Of a DNA stretch of 64,000 nt, positions 21,007 to 31,050 are shown piece after piece. Within the stretch, counting starts at the first letter, position 1; every line of letters begins with the position of its first letter. The DNA lies in IMG/VR virus record IMGVR_UViG_3300013382_000004. One strand, given 5' to 3'. Under the pieces are notes generated by a model that made no database searches, was not told the origin of the DNA, and saw nothing but the letters and a program-made list of their open reading frames with translations. Position numbers and translations under genes: made by a program. This DNA is from a virus (taxonomy: Duplodnaviria > Caudoviricetes).

Positions 21007-21465
21007 TTATCCGTAAAAACCTCCATCGGGCTGTTCTCTTTTGTAATTGGGACAAGATGTATCATCTATGGGGTCTCTAAAACAATCTATCCCCCAAGTA
21101 TGAACACATTTTTCACAATAAAAAGGTGGAATCTAAAAATTATAATATGTTGGCTTCTTAGGTTCTTTTGGCATAAAAGGACTTTTTTCGGGCTTGGGAA
21201 TAGTAACAGGGTCAGGTTGAACATTTACATCCTTCATAAGCTCTTCTTTCTCAACCTTTTCCCATGCATCCATAGCTGAATTGAGAAAATCAAGGGTGTG
21301 CTCATCATACCCCAAAATCTTAAGTTCTTTAATCAAATCATCGTTGCCAATCTTTTTTAAAACATTTGGAAAGGCATAAAGTAAAACTTGAACATGACCA
21401 AACTCTTTACGCCATTCATTATACTCTTTTACAGTCATTAATAATACCTCGTCTTTCGACCTCAA
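21007..21465 (-). CDS. hypothetical protein with Cys-rich C-terminus (TAG readthrough at 21133)
   Basis: reading TAG as sense adds IPPFYCEKC...C...CPNY and ends at a TAA overlapping the next ATG (TAATG). Confidence 0.75.
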
Positions 21466-21661
21466 ATTTAAGTTCGCTTACTGCTACGGTAACTGGCATA
21501 GATACAAAATGGTCATAATAATCTACAGCCTTAGAAAAATAACTACCGTGCTTAATAGGCCAATTCTCTTTGTTCTTTGGAGGATTCTTTTTTTCGATTT
21601 CCTTAAGCTCTGTACAAGCCGACCAAAGTTCTGCATTAGTTAAATTACGAAAATAGCCCAT
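21419..21661 (-). CDS. hypothetical protein
   Basis: 80-aa ORF after a promoter, AAGG SD. Confidence 0.6.
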   Translation of the reverse strand: MGYFRNLTNAELWSACTELKEIEKKNPPKNKENWPIKHGSYFSKAVDYYDHFVSMPVTVAVSELKFEVERRGIINDCKRV

Positions 21662-21743
21662 AATAATACACCTTTCACTTAATATAATTGTGATTGCATA
21701 TAAAGAATAACACAGTTTTTCTTATTTGTCAATAGGAAACAGT

Positions 21744-21771
21744 AAAAAAAGAGAGGGAATTGCCCTCTCTT
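21744..21771 (-). terminator. intrinsic terminator after the TROVE-like gene
   Basis: AGAGAGGG/CCCTCTCT hairpin followed by a U-run on the minus strand. Confidence 0.75.
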
Positions 21772-21787
21772 AATTTATTTTTTTAAC

Positions 21788-23515
21788 TTAGGCAAAAGCT
21801 TTGGTCTCAACAGTGTCATAACGCTTATTCAACAGTACTTCCATAAGAGCATCCCAAGGATTCGTCTTGCCTGAGAGAACCATTTTCAAAGTATTTACAC
21901 TAAACCCACTAACCATGATACCATAGTCATTCTTGGTCATGGGAAAGCCATTATTTGTGTTACCATTTCCTGTGGTATTCCAGTAGATAATCATGGGCAT
22001 ATCATATCCAGCATCCTTGTACTTCTGCTCAATGGACTTAAGGAAAGCAGGAGCTTCCTGAGCAGTAGCACGAGTACTGTTATAACCCCAATAACCATAA
22101 CCACCGTAGCCGCGACCACCAGTACTAATGTTACGAATGTTTACCATAGAATCCCAACCACCATCACTGATAATCAGAATATTCTTGGGCAAATCACTCT
22201 GAGGGGAATGATTATCAATGGCAGTTTCAAGAATCAGGTCAAACACAGCCTCAAGGTTGGTATTATTAATTTCATTATGACGGGCGGCTTCCATAAGATT
22301 CTCGCGCAAAGAGTCGTGATTAACATTAACCATCTGAGGACGAGAAGAGAAAGTAATGTAACGACCCTTATATGCACCCTTAGCACGCTCTGCAAAGTAA
22401 ATTGCAAGAGAGTTGGCTACTTCAAGGGCAGTCAGACGAGTACGACCAACATTGGTACACATAGAACCAGAGCCATCTGCAACAACAATAGTAGAACTAT
22501 CATCAGTTACAAGATTGGGAAGAGACTTCCACATACCTTCGAGAGTAGCATCATAAGAACGAGGAGCACTATTCCACGAACCATCACAATACTTATGAAC
22601 GATATCACAAGGATTAGCTACAGAAGAGTTAATCTTTGCTTCGCCCTTGGTAAGAGCATTTAGATAAGCACGACGGCGCTCTTCATCATTACGAAGGAAA
22701 GCATTGTTGTAGTTGAGATTGGCCTTGGAAGGAACAGTCTCATAATCAATGCTCTGCCAATTCTGAGAAGACATCTTACGCTCAACAACGTCAAGATGCT
22801 TGCGAAGAGCAGACAAACCCTTGCGATACTCACGCTCAGTCAAACCGAGCATATCCATCGTCTTAAGACCACGCTTACGAGTGTCATGGCTGTGAGAAGA
22901 AGCGCTATCAAGCCACTTTGCCATAAGGCTAATGGACTTCCCCTTCTTCATATTAGCCATGTCTTCCTTCCACTGCTTACGAATCAGTTCACGAACAACA
23001 GGCTTAGTAGTGGGATTATCCATGACAGCATAAATATAATCCCAACGAGAATATTCAGGAATCATGGGAATCAAGTTCGCCACAATCTGAGCACCACCAT
23101 TGTTCATCATATCCTCAAGGCAAATCTTAAAAAGACGGCGCTGGCCCTGACCCTCACGGATATCGCCAGCGTAAAACAGCCAACGAATAGCGAGACGAGG
23201 ATTCTCAGAATAAGCCGCACGGAACTTCTTCACAATATCACCATCAGGGAGGCTACGAAGAGCAGAGATGGAAGTATTGATATCCAGAAGAGCAGAACCA
23301 GAAGACTCATATGCAATAGCACCATTAGAAGTGTACAGCTTGTCGGCGGGAAGAGTAGGAACTGCAACCTGAGTGTAGTAGCCTTTAGCAGTCTTCTCAA
23401 CCTTGTCCATAAAGGAAGCCTTACGGTTGGTTCGATTGGTCTGAACAGTCTTCTCAGGCTTAGGTGCCCAAGCCTTAGTATTCTTCTTCTTGTTAGGATT
23501 ATTATAGTTATACAT
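21788..23515 (-). CDS. DUF2828 family TROVE/Ro60-like protein with C-terminal vWA domain
   Basis: TSNGAIAY..SG, DIREGQGQR..F, AKW, IDYETVPSKA helical region; vWA MIDAS DGSGSM and ISD. Confidence 0.82.
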   Translation of the reverse strand: MYNYNNPNKKKNTKAWAPKPEKTVQTNRTNRKASFMDKVEKTAKGYYTQVAVPTLPADKLYTSNGAIAYESSGSALLDINTSISALRSLPDGDIVKKFRAAYSENPRLAIRWLFYAGDIREGQGQRRLFKICLEDMMNNGGAQIVANLIPMIPEYSRWDYIYAVMDNPTTKPVVRELIRKQWKEDMANMKKGKSISLMAKWLDSASSHSHDTRKRGLKTMDMLGLTEREYRKGLSALRKHLDVVERKMSSQNWQSIDYETVPSKANLNYNNAFLRNDEERRRAYLNALTKGEAKINSSVANPCDIVHKYCDGSWNSAPRSYDATLEGMWKSLPNLVTDDSSTIVVADGSGSMCTNVGRTRLTALEVANSLAIYFAERAKGAYKGRYITFSSRPQMVNVNHDSLRENLMEAARHNEINNTNLEAVFDLILETAIDNHSPQSDLPKNILIISDGGWDSMVNIRNISTGGRGYGGYGYWGYNSTRATAQEAPAFLKSIEQKYKDAGYDMPMIIYWNTTGNGNTNNGFPMTKNDYGIMVSGFSVNTLKMVLSGKTNPWDALMEVLLNKRYDTVETKAFA

Positions 23516-23537
23516 AATTTTTCTCCTTTTTTAAGGA

Positions 23538-23597
23538 CTAGACTCTTTTGTCCTTTTTTCAAAATAAAAGTTTTTGTAGTTTGCTGTGAGAGTCTAA
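23538..23597 (-). ncRNA. ACAGCAA stem element copy 1 (5' leader of the TROVE-like gene)
   Basis: TAGACTC-TC-ACAGCAA...GAGTCTAG between promoter and SD. Confidence 0.75.
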
Positions 23598-23619
23598 CTA
23601 CTTATCACTGACAATACAT

Positions 23620-23648
23620 ACTATAACAGACGTATCTTAATTTGTCAA
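23620..23648 (-). promoter_or_regulatory. promoter of the TROVE-like gene
   Basis: TTGACA-17-TATAGT with extended TG. Confidence 0.8.
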
Positions 23649-24107
23649 GAGGTTATTCGAATTATTTTCGTCTTTATCTAAAGTTCTCTTAAAGTTATTT
23701 ATAAATAATTGTTTAGCATTTTGAGCTTTATAGCAAATATCATTAGTAATAGCTTCTTCAATACCCTCAAAGAGTGGAATAAGGGGACATAAAAGTTCTC
23801 TTTCATTCTCATTGTCAGCCAATGCATCTCTACTTTTAGATATATTAGTTAATTCCCTTATAATGATATCTTTTGTCTTAAATTCTAATTTAGTAGTAAT
23901 TTCACCATCAGATTTATCAGTAAGTTTTTCAAATTGCTCTTTAGATAGGTATTTTTTATTTATTATTACCCAAACCTAAATTTCTCCATTGGTATCTACT
24001 AAAATTGGAATGTCTGTTCTATCTTCTGCTCGGTTTGCTAATTTTCTTATCCAAGTCTAATAAGCTTTCTACCCCTCTTGGGTCTAAAGCCAGTTAATAT
24101 CAACCAT
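23637..24107 (-). CDS. hypothetical protein (4 in-frame TAG)
   Basis: GAGG SD + ATG; open for 156 codons apart from TAGs. Confidence 0.7.
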
Positions 24108-24137
24108 AATTATACCCTCTTATACTCAATTATACCC

Positions 24138-24509
24138 CTACTCAGATTTCAAAACAGAAATTTTAATCCCACCTTCCTCGAATTCATACTTAGCACGAGG
24201 AATTTTTACTTTTAAAGTACCAGTTTCTTCATTAGAATTCTGATTTACAATAGGTAGAGTAAAATTTAAATTAACTGTGTCATCAAAATTTTTCTCCATA
24301 TTAAATTCTTTTGGCTCGAATTTAATAAACATCTTAGATTTTTCCGAACGAGAAAAATTTAAACTAAAATTAGATGTACTATCCAACTGAACAAGATTGT
24401 GCTTCAAACACGCAGTTAAACCGCAATATCCTCTAATATTAGCATATTCACATAAAATACCCTTTGTATTACAATATCCTTTAGAGGGATAATAATCTCC
24501 TGTGTTCAT
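24138..24509 (-). CDS. hypothetical protein (TAG end extends by a few codons to TGA)
   Basis: Cys-rich N-terminus. Confidence 0.6.
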   Translation of the reverse strand: MNTGDYYPSKGYCNTKGILCEYANIRGYCGLTACLKHNLVQLDSTSNFSLNFSRSEKSKMFIKFEPKEFNMEKNFDDTVNLNFTLPIVNQNSNEETGTLKVKIPRAKYEFEEGGIKISVLKSE

Positions 24510-24511
24510 TA

Positions 24512-25096
24512 TTAGTTCCCCTTAAAGTAATATTCATAACGCTCTCCATCCCAAAGAGGATGCTTAACATTCTTTTCAACATGCCAATCATAATATTCGC
24601 CCTTTTCATCTACATCGGCAACATAGCAATTATCATCAGGGTCACAACTGTTATCATTGCCAGTGTAAATACAACTTCTTGGGTCAAAAAGAAAGCGTTT
24701 TAATTTGTCATCATCTTCAAGAATTTCATTAATGAATGGAATGAGTTCTCCTGCATGGTCTACAGAACCACTACAGTCCCAAGATTCCCAATCACTATAT
24801 TTACTTGTCTCTCTTTTGTAATCAGGAACAAAGATTTTAATCTTAAAGTCTTCTTCAAGCTTACGTTTAAATTCCTTTGCTTGAGCACCCATGTCACAAT
24901 CAAGCATAGCTGTATAAAGATAAGAAGCCTTATCTTCCGTGGAAGAGTAGCAACTTCTTTCCCAGCCATAATCTTTATCTGCATTAAAATTTAGATAAGC
25001 TGGAATATGTTCTGGACCATAATTGTCCTTTGAAATAACAAGAGAATGACAAGAACTTGAATTTGTTTCAAATACATTTTTACGAATTTGTTTCAT
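24512..25096 (-). CDS. FETNSSS-motif protein, paralog 1
   Basis: MKQIRKNVFETNSSSCH start after GAGGAG; VDH and GNDN motifs. Confidence 0.75.
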   Translation of the reverse strand: MKQIRKNVFETNSSSCHSLVISKDNYGPEHIPAYLNFNADKDYGWERSCYSSTEDKASYLYTAMLDCDMGAQAKEFKRKLEEDFKIKIFVPDYKRETSKYSDWESWDCSGSVDHAGELIPFINEILEDDDKLKRFLFDPRSCIYTGNDNSCDPDDNCYVADVDEKGEYYDWHVEKNVKHPLWDGERYEYYFKGN

Positions 25097-25994
25097 TATT
25101 CTTCTCCTCATTTAAATCTCTCAAAAACTGATACATTTCAGTAACAGTCTTATTACCAACATCATAGCGGTTATTTACATCACAAGAATTTCTTGCGAAC
25201 TGCATTTCAACTCCATCAATGTACATAGAAGCACTGGTCTGTTCGCCATCTTGGCCGTCATCACCCATGTACATAGTATTCCAATCTTCCTCAGACATAA
25301 GACGCTGAGGTTCAAGCTGCTTAATAGCAAGATTGTCAAAACTAATAACAGAGAACCACTTCTCGTTAATCATACGACCAAGATTGTCATAGATTGCCTT
25401 CTGCTTATTAGCTACAAGTTCCTTGGCCCAATCTTCCTTAACATATTCCTCACCACGGCGAACAGTCTTGTAACCAAGAATAAGAATCTTAAGGTTACGA
25501 TTCTTAAGAGCACGAAGAGTATCCATTGTTACAATGCCATTAATGACATGGAGAACAAGATTGGGATACTTAGAAATAGTCTTAAGAAACTGCGGCTGAA
25601 GAGGGTCAACAAGAGAGACACCAATACCATAGATGAGCTTTTCCTTAACAAGCTGTTCAATAAGCTCCTGATTCTTCATAAAGGCAAACTGATGAACAGT
25701 CATATTAGGAATAAGATTCAATTCCTTACACTTGCGAAGAAAAGGAATCAAGTCAGGATGAGAAAGGGGGTCTCCACCTCCAATTGCAAGCTCTGTGTAT
25801 TCATGGAAACTTTCAAGAACCTTGATACCCTGTTCACCAAGAATGTCACCATGCTTGCCAGTTGGAGTGCTATTTTCATGACAATTACTTACCAAAATAT
25901 TTTCGACAAAATAATTGTGATTATCTTTTACTTCAATATTATAAACTTTTCCACTATAAGAAATTCTTTCGATAGAATCAATTTTCATTTTCAT
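25080..25994 (-). CDS. split-intein C-fragment (IntC) fused to radical SAM C-extein
   Basis: MKMKIDSIERI...VYNIEV..NHNYF..NILVSN|CHENS; ELAIGGGDP radical SAM core. Confidence 0.88.
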   Translation of the reverse strand: MKMKIDSIERISYSGKVYNIEVKDNHNYFVENILVSNCHENSTPTGKHGDILGEQGIKVLESFHEYTELAIGGGDPLSHPDLIPFLRKCKELNLIPNMTVHQFAFMKNQELIEQLVKEKLIYGIGVSLVDPLQPQFLKTISKYPNLVLHVINGIVTMDTLRALKNRNLKILILGYKTVRRGEEYVKEDWAKELVANKQKAIYDNLGRMINEKWFSVISFDNLAIKQLEPQRLMSEEDWNTMYMGDDGQDGEQTSASMYIDGVEMQFARNSCDVNNRYDVGNKTVTEMYQFLRDLNEEKNNETNS

Positions 25995-26964
25995 CTTCCT
26001 TACTATCTAAAATATGTCTTTTATGAAATTTAGGGTCTACTTTATCATGACAAGATTCACATACTACTAATCCAATATCATGAGAATTGTGATAATCTAC
26101 AATAGCCTTTTCAAGTTTTAAATAGTCTTCTGACATATATTCAACTTTTTGACCATTTAAACCTAATTCTTTTAGAAATCTTTCAAATATTTCTATAAAG
26201 GGTTCTTTATGATGAACGTGCAAATATCCCCGTCTTGCCCCACAAACTTCACAGGTATAATTAGTTCTTTCAAAATTTGCCTTTTTCCAATCTCTTAAAC
26301 GAATTCGGATATAATTCTATAAAGAGCGAGTTCCTTTAAAACTTTTTCTTTCTTTGCCTCGGGGATATTTTAATTCACCTGATTCCAAAAGCTTTTTAAG
26401 AGTTTTTTGTTTTTTGTCTTTGCTATCTGGGTTATTCATTGGATTATTATTTTTCATACGCTTAGATGCTTCTTTTCTATTTTGTTCTTTGCGTATTTCT
26501 TTTTGCTGTTTGTCTTGTTCCTTTTCTTTTTCTTTCTAACAATATTCTTCCCAAGTTAATTCTTGTTCGTAAACAGGATTGTTTAATTTCATCCTTAAAG
26601 AAGCTTCAAGATTATTCTTCTTTTTGCATTCATCACAAGTATACGCAGGATTGTTTTTGAGATTTTTTCTGGTTACTTTTTTAGTAACTGTTTTTAAAAT
26701 TTTTCCGCACTATCTACATATAATATTTTGCTAAAATTCTTTTAAAATATGCGGTTTTTCTTTTATACATTCAGGACAAAGCTCTTTACTTTGTTTTGCA
26801 GTAGCCTAATATTCTTTCCCGCATTTCTAACAAATGTAAGTTTTAGTTTTATTTTTATACTATATACGATGCCACTCTTTTCGACATTCGTTATTAAAAC
26901 AAACAATGGTTCTACTATCTCTTGTTTCAAATTCCTGCTAACATATTTGGCACTACTTAATTAT
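25978..26964 (-). mobile_element. free-standing zinc-finger/HNH homing endonuclease gene between the split-intein halves (9 in-frame TAG; start codon uncertain)
   Basis: about 325 codons with no TAA/TGA; repeated CxxC; CEVCG...LHVHH...VCESCH. Confidence 0.8.
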
Positions 26965-27403
26965 AAAGCATTACCTCATCATTGGTTGTCAAAAAGCCAG
27001 CTTCTACCCAACCTCTATTAATAGTATAAATCTTATGATTAGGAGTACAAATAATAGTTTTATCTTCGACTGTGATTTTAATTAATTCTCCATTATAATC
27101 ACGTTCATAAAGTTTAACGACAGGCTTCAATTCTTTAATATGATTTTCCAAATTATAAGAATCAACAATATCTCCGATATTCACTTCTTCAATCGGGACA
27201 TCGTTTCCATTAACTTTTACTTTTACTCCAGCAGGAAAACAGAAACTACAACCCTGTGCGCAATTATTAGTAATTTTATAGTCGCAACATTCTGGAAAAT
27301 CAGCCTTGAAAAAGCTTAAATCATTTTCACGAGTCTTGGTCCCATTGTCCAAGTCGATGGAAACCATATAATTACCGTTCTGATAAGTCTTAATATTACT
27401 CAT
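26957..27403 (-). CDS. radical SAM N-extein fused to split-intein N-fragment (IntN)
   Basis: MSNIKTY...ITNNCAQGCSF|CFPAG...GD.V...CTPNHKIY..RGW..A..L...D (intein blocks A and B), ends at TAA. Confidence 0.88.
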   Translation of the reverse strand: MSNIKTYQNGNYMVSIDLDNGTKTRENDLSFFKADFPECCDYKITNNCAQGCSFCFPAGVKVKVNGNDVPIEEVNIGDIVDSYNLENHIKELKPVVKLYERDYNGELIKITVEDKTIICTPNHKIYTINRGWVEAGFLTTNDEVMLYN

Positions 27404-27660
27404 TAATCCATCACCACTTTCTTCATATCTTCTTCCTTTTCCCAAACTTCCTCAATTGCAGGATAAACAACAGAAGAAGTCATTTTGTGATTACACTTGG
27501 GACATACATACTCATAAAGAGGTGTAAAAATAGCACAAGCCATTTCACTCAGCTTCATTTCAACATCACAATCACTACAATAGATGCGATGAACCTTGCG
27601 ATACTTAAGATATTCTTTTGTTACACGTTCGCTATACAATTTAACTCCATTAGTGCTCAC
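27403..27660 (-). CDS. zinc-ribbon protein
   Basis: CSDC...YVCPKC...YP. Confidence 0.65.
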   Translation of the reverse strand: MSTNGVKLYSERVTKEYLKYRKVHRIYCSDCDVEMKLSEMACAIFTPLYEYVCPKCNHKMTSSVVYPAIEEVWEKEEDMKKVVMD

Positions 27661-27680
27661 AGAGATTGTCCTCCATATTA

Positions 27681-28190
27681 TTAGTCATTTTTTATTTCTT
27701 TCTGATGCTTTTTGTAAACCTTGTTATTAACTACTTCAATATATCCAAAATCCCAAGGCGCTTCTCCTTGGTAATCAATAATTCCATTAGCAACATATCC
27801 ATTAGGGGCAAGAAAATTATCAATGAGATACTTCAACCAATCAACATAATTGTAAAATTTTTCTGCTTCATTCCAAACTAATTTGTTTTCATCATTAATA
27901 ATCCATTTACACCAAAGACCAGCTTGAGTGTAAGGAGGGTAGTTGTTGTCAATAACAGAATCATCAGATTCTTGCCCAGCAAATCCCAAACCGCCAATAA
28001 AATATTCTCCCTCTTCACCCAAATTTCCATTGTAACAAAGATTTTCCCAGTTTGGAAATACTTCTTTAATTTTTTCATTATCTCGCTTCATGCGGCGAGT
28101 ATAACTAAATTTGTTAATGTACTCTTTAAGTTCAGAAGAAATTGGCTTGTTAAAAGAAATTGCCCCGTTAAATTCAGTAGTATACCCCAT
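27681..28190 (-). CDS. conserved phage hypothetical protein
   Basis: MGYTTEF.G...LWC.W...EKFYNYVDWLKYLI..FL...NG.I..QGE. Confidence 0.75.
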   Translation of the reverse strand: MGYTTEFNGAISFNKPISSELKEYINKFSYTRRMKRDNEKIKEVFPNWENLCYNGNLGEEGEYFIGGLGFAGQESDDSVIDNNYPPYTQAGLWCKWIINDENKLVWNEAEKFYNYVDWLKYLIDNFLAPNGYVANGIIDYQGEAPWDFGYIEVVNNKVYKKHQKEIKND

Positions 28191-28381
28191 AATTAGTTCT
28201 CCTTTTTAATGTTCAACACGGGGATTATCCTCTATATACTTCTTTACTCTGTCACCATCATAACGAGAGGGACAGGCATTACAAAGGTAAGAACCATAAT
28301 ATTCACAAGCATGAACCTCTTCCTGAGACTTGGGAGCAGACTCACAATTCAGGTGGTCGAATGCGCAATAAATCTTCATTT

Positions 28382-28744
28382 TTATTCGTTTCCTTTCTCT
28401 CGAACAATGTAAATGTTATTTCCTTTATTTTCAAGGATTTCGTAATCCTGTAAAAATTTGGTCGGAATATTTTCTTCAAATTTAACCATATATCTTTCTT
28501 CATAAACAGGATTAAATGCCATTTTAAACATTTTACCAGAGGCAAAAGTGAACAAAGAAACGGCTACAATACAAACAAGCGTTAGCCAGCCAAATTTTTC
28601 TTTTATACATAACACCAAAAAATAGAATAAAAGCAAAGCAAAAACAGCAAAAATAATTCCTGCACCAATCAATTCATCTAAATCAGCAGAAACTCTTACC
28701 ATTTCAGAAGTTAAAACTTCAACGCCATCAATCATTTTTGTCAA
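28382..28744 (-). CDS. membrane protein (paralog of 28728-29114)
   Basis: two TM helices plus Y.VKF...Y.I...G.IY.V.E. Confidence 0.65.
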   Translation of the reverse strand: MTKMIDGVEVLTSEMVRVSADLDELIGAGIIFAVFALLLFYFLVLCIKEKFGWLTLVCIVAVSLFTFASGKMFKMAFNPVYEERYMVKFEENIPTKFLQDYEILENKGNNIYIVREKGNE

Positions 28745-29114
28745 CCCTTTCTTTTAACGTGTAGATTTTTCCTTCTCTGGAAATAATATAATTTTCTTCG
28801 AGTTTTTCGTAATCAGTTAATGAAAAATGGTCTGGGTCAGAGAATTTAACTTCATAAGAGATGATTTTAACTGGATGAGTCATTGCGTGCAAATTAATTC
28901 CCGAGATTACTCCAAGAATAATGGTCGCTACAAGAAGCAAATCAAATCCGTCCATGAGAACTTTAGTTTGAATCCAATCTACAATAAAAGTAATTATACA
29001 AATAATACAAAGAGCAGCGAGAAGACTAGTAATAACAAAAACAAAGAGGTCTCCACCTTTAGTAGTTACTATTGTATTGAGAATTTCAATGGCTGGATTA
29101 TTTTCAATCGACAT
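28728..29114 (-). CDS. membrane protein
   Basis: two TM helices plus YEVKF...YII..EGKIY.LKE. Confidence 0.65.
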   Translation of the reverse strand: MSIENNPAIEILNTIVTTKGGDLFVFVITSLLAALCIICIITFIVDWIQTKVLMDGFDLLLVATIILGVISGINLHAMTHPVKIISYEVKFSDPDHFSLTDYEKLEENYIISREGKIYTLKERVDKND

Positions 29115-29217
29115 TTTTACATCTCCTTTCGAGTAATCAAATTATACTCTACAAAAAGAAAAAAGTCAAGGAGTTAATAAAAAATAATCTCCTTGACCTA
29201 TTAAAATATTTTAATTG

Positions 29218-29661
29218 TTAGTTATAACCATAAGCACAAGTAATAACAAGTTTATCACCACTGGGAGAAGTATAATGAGAAGTCTTAGTTTCAAGGCCAT
29301 CACTATTACAGTCCTGCATAAACTCTTGATAAGTTAAACCAACTCCCTCATAGTCGAAAAGAGAATCCTTTTCTTGTCTACGTTGTTGGGAAATACGAGT
29401 ATAAGTATATTCTTCTTTTTCTGCGTCTGTAAGTTCAAACCAATCCTTATAATATTTACCTTTGCATCTATTATAGTATTCTTCTGCTTCTTTCCTGTCT
29501 TGCTTAGTAATTCTAATGGAGTTTTTAATAAAAGTTTCATTCCATTTATTAAAAAGCAGTTTCCCATCTTGCCAATCTTTATACTCGTCTTCGGTACAAA
29601 TAGCAAGGGTATGAGTAGAAGAAGAGTTGGTTTCAAATACATTTTTACGAATTTGTTTCAT
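29218..29661 (-). CDS. FETNSSS-motif protein, paralog 2
   Basis: MKQIRKNVFETNSSSTH. Confidence 0.75.
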   Translation of the reverse strand: MKQIRKNVFETNSSSTHTLAICTEDEYKDWQDGKLLFNKWNETFIKNSIRITKQDRKEAEEYYNRCKGKYYKDWFELTDAEKEEYTYTRISQQRRQEKDSLFDYEGVGLTYQEFMQDCNSDGLETKTSHYTSPSGDKLVITCAYGYN

Positions 29662-30094
29662 TTAATTTTACCTCCTCTAAAATTTTAGCTTCTACTAATT
29701 TATTCATTCGATTTTCATATTTGTCAACAATCATATCAAGGAAAGGAAAACTGTGTCCACTATCTTGTGCTCTAAAAAAAGCATTATATGGTTGACCAAA
29801 ATCATCGTCAATGACTTCAAGATTATCAAAATCATTCCAAGATTTAAGGTCATCAAGGTCAATCGCTACATCAAAGCTAAATTCATATGAAATTCTTTCT
29901 TTTTTGGAGTTAAAAAGACAAAAATGATAAGTCATCCAATAATGGTCAGACTTTTTAGATTCTCTCCAAAACCCTTCTTTAAAACCTGTATCAGTAAGAA
30001 GGACAATTTGTTCTGCTGTGGTTAAAGAAAGAAAATAATTAGATAATTCATAACGCTTCATCTTATGCTTTGTTTTCATGCGAAGATTCTGCAT
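29645..30094 (-). CDS. hypothetical protein
   Basis: 149-aa ORF in operon. Confidence 0.65.
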   Translation of the reverse strand: MQNLRMKTKHKMKRYELSNYFLSLTTAEQIVLLTDTGFKEGFWRESKKSDHYWMTYHFCLFNSKKERISYEFSFDVAIDLDDLKSWNDFDNLEVIDDDFGQPYNAFFRAQDSGHSFPFLDMIVDKYENRMNKLVEAKILEEVKLNETNS

Positions 30095-30710
30095 CTTTCT
30101 TCTCCTTCTCTGCTTCTAATCGAGCCAAATACTGTTCTTTCCATTTAGCCTCATATTCAACACGGCTATCATGGATAATTTTAGTAGTATTTACTAAACC
30201 AGAATCTTTAATATGAAGCCACGTATTATATTCATCGCCATCCACAACCACAATATATCTCTTATTGGTCAAAAACTCTTCAAGAGATACATTGTACTTT
30301 TTAAGCCAACCCTCGATTTCATAGTCATCAGTTCCCCCATAATTGGGAACAGGTTCATCTGCTTCTACATAATCTTTAACTTCTGAATTCCAAATATAAT
30401 CTTTGGTATCGAATTCAAAATCTGTGAATCCATCAATGTATTCCCTGCAAATTTTTCTACATTCATCTACAAGATTGCCATTAGAAGACGCAATAGCATA
30501 TCTCAATTTATCTTTGAAAGTTGCAAGTATATCAAAAGGTGAGCGGTAAAATTCAAGGGAGGATTCCCACAATCTCACTTTACCTTCTTTGGTAAGATAA
30601 AACTCATCGTTAATTTCTTCTCTTGTGTAATGTTCATTATCAGTAGTAATCACAAGAGAATGACTTGAGCTACTATTGGTTTCAAACACATTATGCCTAA
30701 TTTGTTTCAT
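30063..30710 (-). CDS. FETNSSS-motif protein, paralog 3
   Basis: MKQIRHNVFETNSSSSH; DGDE motif. Confidence 0.75.
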   Translation of the reverse strand: MKQIRHNVFETNSSSSHSLVITTDNEHYTREEINDEFYLTKEGKVRLWESSLEFYRSPFDILATFKDKLRYAIASSNGNLVDECRKICREYIDGFTDFEFDTKDYIWNSEVKDYVEADEPVPNYGGTDDYEIEGWLKKYNVSLEEFLTNKRYIVVVDGDEYNTWLHIKDSGLVNTTKIIHDSRVEYEAKWKEQYLARLEAEKEKKDAESSHENKA

Positions 30711-30740
30711 AAAAATACCTCTCCTTATTTTTCTACTGAA

Positions 30741-30769
30741 AGAATATCATAAGGAGAGGTAAATGTCAA
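30741..30769 (-). promoter_or_regulatory. sigma70-type promoter within an inverted repeat
   Basis: TTGACA-17-TATTCT; ACCTCTCCTTAT arm pairs with the downstream SD ATAAGGAGAGGT. Confidence 0.75.
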
Positions 30770-31050
30770 GCCTTTATTAAATTATTTTCCGTTTAATTAC
30801 TGAAGAGAAATTTCCTCAATAATTTCAAACTGGCTTAAATCATTTGCGTCAAACTTCTTATCCTGTTCACAATACATAATGCCTACAAGACCAAGAGCAC
30901 CAAACTGATTAGGAAGAGGCATAATCTGATATACACGATAGGTCTTACCATCAAGCGCATTCTTCTTCTTACATTTAAACATATAACTATTATTAGCCAT
31001 TTATAATACTCCTTAAAATTTCACTTTTATTCTATCTTGTTTTATTTTTG

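Noticed and set aside
22796-23611. Long plus-strand ORFs (also 25251-26033, 15034-15609, 53451-53984 and others)
   Set aside because: Antisense shadows of well-supported minus-strand genes; no SD or recognisable motifs.
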